Part shown: in pieces, positions 57,839 to 64,000 of the stretch
Layout: the number at the start of each line of letters is the position of its first letter
Numbering within the stretch: position 1 is the first letter of the stretch
NCBI GenBank assembly: GCA_965222575.1
Contig: OZ244958.1
Coordinates: 1,088,001 to 1,152,000, forward strand
Length of the DNA: 64,000 nt
Reading direction: 5' to 3'
Source of the DNA: Alphaproteobacteria bacterium
Lineage (GTDB): Bacteria; Pseudomonadota; Alphaproteobacteria; G965222575
Made by a program: the position numbers and the translations under genes
Notes under the pieces: model-generated
The model's input: only the letters and a program-made list of their open reading frames with translations
Databases searched by the model: none
What the model was told of the DNA's origin: nothing

Positions 57839-58023
57839 TCTTGCGGTATTGAGAGCCTTTTCCCCTTATCTACAATATCCCACGAGGGTTGCGACACACT
57901 AGCGGGGTTCCCCCTCAGTGGTATCAACCCTGATAAAGCCCCTATCCGCACCTGTGGGCAAACTGTGCGCAAGGGGCTAGCCTCCTGAGGCATAGAGTAT
58001 CCCTTCTGCCTCTCTGCGTCTGA

Positions 58024-58230
58024 TTAACCCCTTGAGTTTCTTACCCCCTGTTCTTCCCTGTTCACCTTCCTCCGCAAAGTAGAACGCTGTAAGGCTCCAC
58101 TGCCACAATTAAACGCAAACGACACCAACCCATCAAACTGACCATCACGCAATGGGACTCCTATCAAGCACAATACAGCTCCCTCCGCCCATAGTACATC
58201 TTTACGCAATAACGCTTCTGCTTCTTTAAC
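58024..58230 (-). pseudogene. Phage lysozyme (GH24) C-terminal fragment
   Basis: EA..LLRKD...E..V..LI.VPL...QFD.LVSF.FN.G.GA...STL.RK.N. Confidence 0.75.
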
Positions 58231-58239
58231 CAAAAATCC

Positions 58240-58579
58240 CCATTCTGCTCGTGCCTGTTGTAACGACCCTGTAATGGTCTTAAGTGCTGTATGCAACCCC
58301 TGAAACTCCATCCCTGTTTTGCCTATAGCCTTCAGGCCTCCTATGATGCCACGTATCCCAGCATAGGCCCCCTATTAACGCTACTCCCTGTCTCAACACG
58401 CCATTGAGCGCACGGGCAGAGGTATCAACTGCCTTCAATCCCATACTTGCAGGCTTACTGGCATGGGAAATCCTCTTTAAGGCTCGCTCCCCCTCGTTGC
58501 CAACCTTGATAAAGGATGAGCGGACTTTCCCTCCTCCCTCCAATGCCAAGCGTATTGATAGTGTTTTAGTCTTTGCCAT
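58240..58579 (-). pseudogene. Tape measure protein N-terminal fragment
   Basis: LSIRL..EGG..V......G..GE.AL.RI; follows the tail chaperones. Confidence 0.65.
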
Positions 58580-59303
58580 TATGTATATCTTGTATGGCTA
58601 AAAATACCCCCTCTGATACCCACCACTAGCAACTCCGCCAGTGCGTCTTGGTTGTAGCCAAGAACCTCTCCTAGCCGCAGAGCCACATCAAGAGGAAAAC
58701 GTTTGTGTATTTGTGTAGATAAGCGGCATGCTATATCCCACGCTTGCCAGCCTTCTTCTGTCTTCGGCTCGTACTCTAGGTAGGGACAGACTTTGCCGCT
58801 TTCGCTCCTTTCCCCTTTGCTACACGGGAGGTCTTGCTTACGGCACCCTTTGTAGTACTCCGACCCGTCTCCGAAGTGCCAGTGGACACGAGCCCTGAGC
58901 CGTTTTTTTCCTGCTCCAGCATCTCCCATAACCCCGTATACTGCTGCCTGAACACCTCAGCAACAGACCAAAAATTCTCAAAGAGTTCATCTATCTTTTC
59001 AGGGAGTAGGGGAGCGGGAACATCACTATTTGCCTCCAATATCCCCTCCCACTCCAGTATCCCAGCCCGTGCGAGACCACAGGTCAAATACTGCTCCGCT
59101 AGGGCTTGCCTCTTCACCTTAGACTCTATGGAAGGGGAGGGCGTGTCATCCTTGAGAGACTCTTCCCCAATGGCACGGAGTCTATACTCCATAAACGCTC
59201 TCCCTTGATAGAAAATAGGGCTTGTTAAAGGGCGCACCTTTACTCTTACCCCACTCCCGCATTCACTCCAATACGCTTTCTTTGGTATTTTTAATCTGAG
59301 CAT
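58579..59303 (-). CDS. Tail assembly chaperone pair (G and frameshifted GT)
   Basis: Overlapping ORFs 58776-59303 and 58579-58929 joined by A AAA AAC at 58902-58908; upstream of the tape measure gene. Confidence 0.7.
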
Positions 59304-59425
59304 ATATCCTCCTGCTGCTTCTTGATATTCAATATGGAAGTCGCAGGTTCAAATCCCGCCTCCCTAGATATCTTGATAATCTTCAATCCCCCTGCTATCC
59401 TTGACTCTGCAGGTCAAAAAACTTC

Positions 59426-59454
59426 TTGACTTTTATGAGTATGCCTACTATATT
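59426..59454 (+). promoter_or_regulatory. Promoter of the NYN moron
   Basis: TTGACT-17 bp-TATATT. Confidence 0.65.
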
Positions 59455-59491
59455 TAACATTAACCCCCCCCGTATGCTTCGGCTGCGGGCC

Positions 59492-59522
59492 GCAAAGCCC
59501 CTTCATGGGGCTTTCGCTTTTT
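59492..59522 (+). terminator. Terminator-like hairpin in the NYN leader
   Basis: AAAGCCCC-TTCAT-GGGGCTTT followed by cgcTTTTT. Confidence 0.65.
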
Positions 59523-59533
59523 AAGGCATCGTA

Positions 59534-59806
59534 ATGCAAACAGCTATCTATATTGATGCGTTAAACCTGTACTATGGATGCCTGAAAAAGACACCCTACA
59601 AATGGCTTGATTTGCAGGCTTTATTCTCAAATATCCTGCAAGATACGCATACCATCACCCACATCAAATACTTCACAACACTCATCAAGCCTGTTAGACA
59701 AAATAACAACGCTAAACAGAGGCAAGAAACATACATTAGAGCCCTAGAAACCCACATTCCAAATGACTGCTTCCCCTGCTTTCCCCCTGCCTTCCAGCAC
59801 CCATAG
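59534..59806 (+). pseudogene. NYN/LabA-like (PIN-fold) RNase, C-terminally truncated
   Basis: YID..NLYYG.LK...YKWLDL, IKYFT, RQ..Y..AL; homology ends near 59763. Confidence 0.75.
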
Positions 59807-60424
59807 ACTTTTACCAGCCAAAGTAGGAATAGCAGATTGCCAATTACTAGGTGCCGATAAATGTCCATCATTCCCTATCATTAGTGTTGTACTCGGTATT
59901 GTTAGTAGTACTCCATCATCAGCTAATGCATAAAACCTATATTGCCCTAACCCATTGACTCCTTTGGGTCCTTGAAGGGAGTCGGTAACCTCTATCTCTG
60001 CAGGCGTATCAACATACTCCACCACAATCGGTACCACGGCTCCCTTCATCGCCGCAGCCCCCTCAAGTGGCTCTGTCATCACCTCCGAACTGCCTATGGT
60101 GAGAGTGTCCACTATCCCTCCAAGCCTATCTGTTCCAGATAACGCTTGCTGGACATCCCCAATCAATTCATCAAAGGCTGCTTCCCGAACAACAACCTCT
60201 TTCTCTTGAACAACAACCTCCAGCTCCACCCTGTGCTGGTAAATATTACGAGGAGGAGAGAGTAATGCCTCTGGCTCTCCTTGGTCTCCATCTCTCAATA
60301 TCAGCAACCCTCCCTTTGGGATTGCTACAGGTAAAACTTCATTGCGCAAGACTGTTCTCTCTGGCAATCGCCTCTGTAAAACCCAAAAGAGTCTCCGCAA
60401 GACCTGCTCACTTTTTGTGTTCAT
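59744..60424 (-). CDS. Phage tail completion/terminator-like protein with an extended C-terminus
   Basis: VLRNEVLP..IP.GGLLILRDGD.GEPE..LSP...YQHR.ELEV; position in the morphogenesis module. Confidence 0.65.
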   Translation of the reverse strand: MNTKSEQVLRRLFWVLQRRLPERTVLRNEVLPVAIPKGGLLILRDGDQGEPEALLSPPRNIYQHRVELEVVVQEKEVVVREAAFDELIGDVQQALSGTDRLGGIVDTLTIGSSEVMTEPLEGAAAMKGAVVPIVVEYVDTPAEIEVTDSLQGPKGVNGLGQYRFYALADDGVLLTIPSTTLMIGNDGHLSAPSNWQSAIPTLAGKSLWVLEGRGKAGEAVIWNVGF

Positions 60425-61083
60425 TCTAATATCTCCCAGTTTTTGACCACAAGCGCAGGAATGCGGCTATGCCAGCGCTTTGAATCCTTCTTAAAATCAA
60501 TCTTTTTAGGCATCCGAACCTGTGGTACCAACCAAAACATCACCTTTGGTCTGACATTCGTGGGGTTTGAAGCCCCTTTCCGTATCCTGCGCAGTTTGCG
60601 AAATGCCCCCGTCTCCCTGCTATAGGGCGCCTGCAAGTTAGTGTCCACCAACAGCCCCTTCCCTCGATATGTTATGAAAGTCAAAGGGCCCTTCGCCTGC
60701 TCATACAAGGCAGGTGTTACCCGCTTGCCCCATATCCTCTTCGGCGCATTCCGTGTTGGTATCGCCAGCATCCGTCTCTCTTTCCCCCGAATAACATGCC
60801 CGTCCTCTAACCCCACCATGATGTCATGCTGGTCGCACTTAGGTTCCCCCTGAATGGTATAGGAGTCCTCTCCTACAGAGATACTCTCTCCTGCTTTAGG
60901 AGAGGGGATTTCAGATAAGCGCACTTGTAGGGTATGAGATGGACTATGGAAAGTAGCTTCCTGCCAGTCTACAACCCTACCTGGAGAGAGAAGTATGACC
61001 TTAATTGCCTCGCCCTCGTACACCCCCTCCACCCCCAAACACCGAAATAAAGTGTCTACTGCACCCTCAAAAGCAATACTCAC
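60421..61083 (-). pseudogene. Deletion fusion of a head-tail joining protein and the following neck gene
   Basis: N-half P..G..I..G...Y.IQGEP..D; C-half LAIPT..AP and F.LVPQV..PK. Confidence 0.55.
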
Positions 61084-61273
61084 TTCTCAGCAGGCGTTGT
61101 GCGCACTTGGTACTCATAGACCTTAAAAACTCTATCCCGTTGCTTTGCTGTGATGGTCTTGCCTAACAGTTCCTCAAGGGCTTGTACTTTAGGCTTTCCC
61201 TCTTTCGTGAACTCCTCCTTAGGCAACGTATGAATGGCTTGTATCAATGAGGTTGTCTCATCATCACTATCTC
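61080..61273 (-). pseudogene. Small phage head-region protein fragment (not in the ORF track)
   Basis: Manual translation ...AIHTLPKEEFTKEGKPKVQALEELLGKTITAKQRD...; no clear start. Confidence 0.45.
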
Positions 61274-61513
61274 CTAAGGGCTCTTTAGGTGGAAGATATC
61301 TCCGCCTTCATCAGTGGCAAAGTCCTTCCATAGCCCGCTATCCAATAAGACCTTCAGACTCTTACCCTTGCTCCCATAGACATCCCCTACAGCAAATTCC
61401 CTCCCCTGTATCACCCCTGCTGGGAGCAATTGCTGCAGGTGCCCCTCTAGGTTGGACAAAAGCCTATCCCTAATGCGGTCTTTGTAAGAGCCCATCCATA
61501 TCAGCGTGCCCAC
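61274..61513 (-). pseudogene. Phage primase N-terminal fragment
   Basis: LLP.G...G.EF..G...G..G.SL.V.L..G.W.DFA..EGGD. Confidence 0.65.
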
Positions 61514-61915
61514 GGCGGGACATCTGATGGAGGAGGTGCTGCCGAACGGGCTGGTGTCGCAGTGGGCTGGTAAGACCTCGATACGCCCTGTACATCTTCC
61601 CCCACTGCTTGGGTACCCGCAAGCTGGGATACCACAGAAGTCCCCATCACAGAGACATAGCTCTTATGCTCTGCTGTAATCGCTCCATCTATGGTGTTTT
61701 TGTCTAAGCCATAACTATCTTTGTCAATTCCTATCCTTGCTACAAACTCAATCCCATCAAGTCTAGCAAGATTAGGAAGCACCCTTTTGGCTTTTGCTCC
61801 CTCAGACTCATTATCTGGACGGAGACCACACGCAGAGTTGAGTACGCCTTTAATGAAAGACCGACCTATCCTACCCCAGACATTCTCCTCCCCATTCTGT
61901 GAGACTTTGGGGCTG
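61501..61915 (-). pseudogene. Phage replication/recombination region protein, 5' truncated
   Basis: W..IGRSFI..LNSA.G..P.D, LDG.EF.A.I, terminal P.WA. Confidence 0.55.
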
Positions 61916-61924
61916 TACAGACCT

Positions 61925-62209
61925 ATCAAACTCCAAACCTTGCGCCTAGAGCAGTTAGCATCAGAGGCACAGATTAACAAAGGGTACTTATGGGCTATTG
62001 AGAATCAGAGTCGTAACCCTTCTGGAGGAAAACTCCTGCGAATCGCCGATGCTCTTGATGTGAGTATGGAGTACCTACTAGATGAGACCAAAGAGACCCC
62101 TGATGAGAGTGTCTTGATGAAGGCTTTCTTTCGTAAGTTTGAGAAGTTATCCCTTGAAGACCAACACAAACTCATGCAGGTTATGAAGGCTTGGGGGGGG
62201 AAATCATGA
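61925..62209 (+). pseudogene. XRE-family HTH regulator, 5' truncated
   Basis: LEQLA......KGYLW.IEN....PSG..L..IA.AL.VS..YLL. Confidence 0.75.
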
Positions 62210-62640
62210 CCCCCCACGTGTGGGCAAATCGTGTTGTGGATATTCTCTCTGTTAAGGGCACTCCCTATCCCATAAAAGTTCAAAGGATTGCCTCTGGGGT
62301 GGCTAGAGTGGACAGACGCACGAGCAATGCTGGTGGTAGGCAAAGATGGCTTTGTCCTCTGGACATGGTGTAGTGATGCTTTGTTGGAGACAGGGTGCTA
62401 TCTTCAACCTAGAAAGAAGGTAATCCCTCTGCCCTCAAGGTCTCTTGCTGTCTGTAAAGAGCCTCCTTGTGATATCTTGAAAGGTGTGACGCACGATGTT
62501 GGGGTATGGCCATTCAAGGAACCAGTAAGAGAAATGGCAATGAAGGCTCCTGCCTATGATATGACCCTCTCCCTTCTTCTCTTTCCATCTGATGGCTGTG
62601 CTCTGTCGCGGCTCTTCTCCCAACTCCCTATACTTCCTAG
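62206..62640 (+). pseudogene. ImmA/IrrE-like metallopeptidase remnant lacking the HExxH core
   Basis: ATGA overlap with the XRE gene; P.I.V..IA N-terminus; C-terminal part lies in another frame. Confidence 0.5.
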
Positions 62641-62648
62641 AAAAAAAC

Positions 62649-62725
62649 TGGTCGGGGTGACAGGATTCGAACCTGCGACCTACTGCTCCCAAAGCAGCCG
62701 CGCTACCAGACTGCGCTACACCCCG
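62649..62725 (-). tRNA. tRNA-Pro (TGG)
   Basis: Full cloverleaf CGGGGTG...TT TGG GA...GGTTCGAATCC...CACCCCGACCA, 77 nt. Confidence 0.97.
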
Positions 62726-62727
62726 AA

Positions 62728-63549
62728 TCAACTCTCTTTATGCCTTCTCTTGAATAACAAAAATACCACCGCCTGTATCACCGTCTTCCCCTTGAAAACC
62801 TCAGAATGAAGATACACATACCAATATCCCCATAACGGTAAAGATAACAAAAGACCTAATTGTGCCATCAACAAAACTTTCCAAGGATACAGAAAAAATC
62901 CAACCAATACAATCGCAAAACCTATCAATAAAACTGTCATGTACTGCTTCTTAATTAACCTCACTCCCTTCATCGAACACGTAGGAAAATAACTAATCAT
63001 CAAAAATCCTAAAAATAAAATCCACACAATATGAAAAAACCAGTAATCCCAAAGAGAAATACCCTCTAAATCCAGCATCATAGGCAACAACATCAAACCC
63101 GCCGCCATAGGGGACGATAAACCAGTAAAAAATAACTCATCATACTTTCCCAACGGCTTCTCTTCCTCATAAGACAAAATATTAAAACGCGCTAAACGAA
63201 ACGCACAGCAAAGACAAAAAATAACAATCACTAACCAAAAAACCTTCTCGGTAAAACCGGCATACCCCTTAAACCCAACCGTGTAGTAATAAACTAAAAA
63301 AGCCGGCACAATCCCAAAAGATACAAAATCTGAAAGAGAATCTAACTCCACCCCTAACTTGCTAGATTGCTTCAAAAACCGCGCTAAGCGACCATCCAAA
63401 CCATCAAACAGTACCGCCACAAACACAAGACCTATCGCATAATGCCATTGATGCGTAAGTGCAAAACGTATGGACGTAAGACCGCTACACAAACCCAACG
63501 TCGTAAGCAAATGAGGAAGATACGAAACAAGCGAAAGCCTATTCATCAC
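62728..63549 (-). CDS. pssA: CDP-diacylglycerol-serine O-phosphatidyltransferase
   Basis: DGLDGRLAR...S..G.ELDSLSD.VSFG..PA, RLARFN. Confidence 0.93.
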   Translation of the reverse strand: MMNRLSLVSYLPHLLTTLGLCSGLTSIRFALTHQWHYAIGLVFVAVLFDGLDGRLARFLKQSSKLGVELDSLSDFVSFGIVPAFLVYYYTVGFKGYAGFTEKVFWLVIVIFCLCCAFRLARFNILSYEEEKPLGKYDELFFTGLSSPMAAGLMLLPMMLDLEGISLWDYWFFHIVWILFLGFLMISYFPTCSMKGVRLIKKQYMTVLLIGFAIVLVGFFLYPWKVLLMAQLGLLLSLPLWGYWYVYLHSEVFKGKTVIQAVVFLLFKRRHKES

Positions 63550-64000
63550 GCCTTCCTGGACAAAAGTGTTTCTCCACCAACGCTCCTATATCCACTCTTC
63601 ACCAATACCTGCCACTCCATAGGAACATAGACATCCACACGACTGCCAAAACGTATAAGACCAAAAATTAACCCCCTCTTCACCTCTTCCCCCTCCTCCA
63701 CATCACATCGAATACGACGCGCAATAAAACCTGCAATCTGTACCACTATTAACCTCTCCCCACTCCCTTTCTCTTCTAAAACCACAACACACCTCTCATT
63801 GTGTACACTCGCCTTATTCAGACTAGCCCTAAAAAACTTACCCCCCCTATACACAACCTTCTCAATCTTGCCCGATACAGGAAGACGATTCAAATGAACA
63901 TCAAAAATATTCATAAAAATACTAATCCTCCTATATTCCCCTTTTACTCCCGACTCCTCCGGTGCCACAGCACGTACTACCTCACAAACAACACCATCCG
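63546..64000 (-). CDS. psd: Phosphatidylserine decarboxylase (5' end outside the window)
   Basis: SIFM..FDVH.NR.P, NER, QIAG..ARRI, GLIRFGSRVD. Confidence 0.95.
   Translation of the reverse strand, partial: DGVVCEVVRAVAPEESGVKGEYRRISIFMNIFDVHLNRLPVSGKIEKVVYRGGKFFRASLNKASVHNERCVVVLEEKGSGERLIVVQIAGFIARRIRCDVEEGEEVKRGLIFGLIRFGSRVDVYVPMEWQVLVKSGYRSVGGETLLSRKA

Larger units (their letters stand above)
58024..61915 (-). mobile_element. Collapsed prophage remnant (replication, head-tail, tail, lysin fragments)
   Basis: Collinear phage gene fragments; no integrase, terminase, portal, capsid or major tail gene. Confidence 0.85.

Noticed and set aside
61721-61980. Overlapping opposite-strand ORFs 61501-61980 and 61721-62209 as a true dual-coding region
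   Set aside because: Each loses homology at about 61920; this is a deletion junction between two 5'-truncated genes.
62620-62725. attL/attR duplication of the tRNA-Pro 3' end
   Set aside because: No same-orientation copy and no integrase found, so the island's left boundary cannot be fixed.

Overview
This is a chromosomal segment of an alphaproteobacterium, probably host-associated; the assignment is inferred from gene order (rplM-rpsI, cvpA-purF-SDR, nuoLMN-birA, psd-pssA) and the ankyrin expansion. 1-31 kb is housekeeping: mtaB, xseA, rpsI, rplM, dapA, slt, purF, cvpA, nuoLMN, frameshifted birA, tmk, NAD-GDH, mnmA and an RND-MFP-RND pump. 31-38 kb is a heme uptake locus, with a hemP gene missed by the ORF track, a receptor, a repeat-disrupted tonB and hmuSTUV. 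38-62.6 kb is an accessory region ending at tRNA-Pro(TGG). It holds a type II-C CRISPR-Cas locus (cas9 frameshifted just before the PAM-interacting domain, tracrRNA, 13 identical repeats), a repeat protein, a DUF4011/SF1-helicase/nuclease defence protein fused to ankyrin repeats, two membrane-anchored ankyrin proteins, Abi and SNF2 remnants and a heavily deleted prophage. The two best candidates for something undescribed are (1) a 260-bp unit between two perfect CRISPR repeats, with its own promoter, multi-stem RNA and terminator, and (2) four unrelated island proteins that end in the same AYLxxKG tail, with DNA evidence of module shuffling. All calls come from reading motifs by eye; no database searches were run. 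Several frameshifts could be assembly errors.
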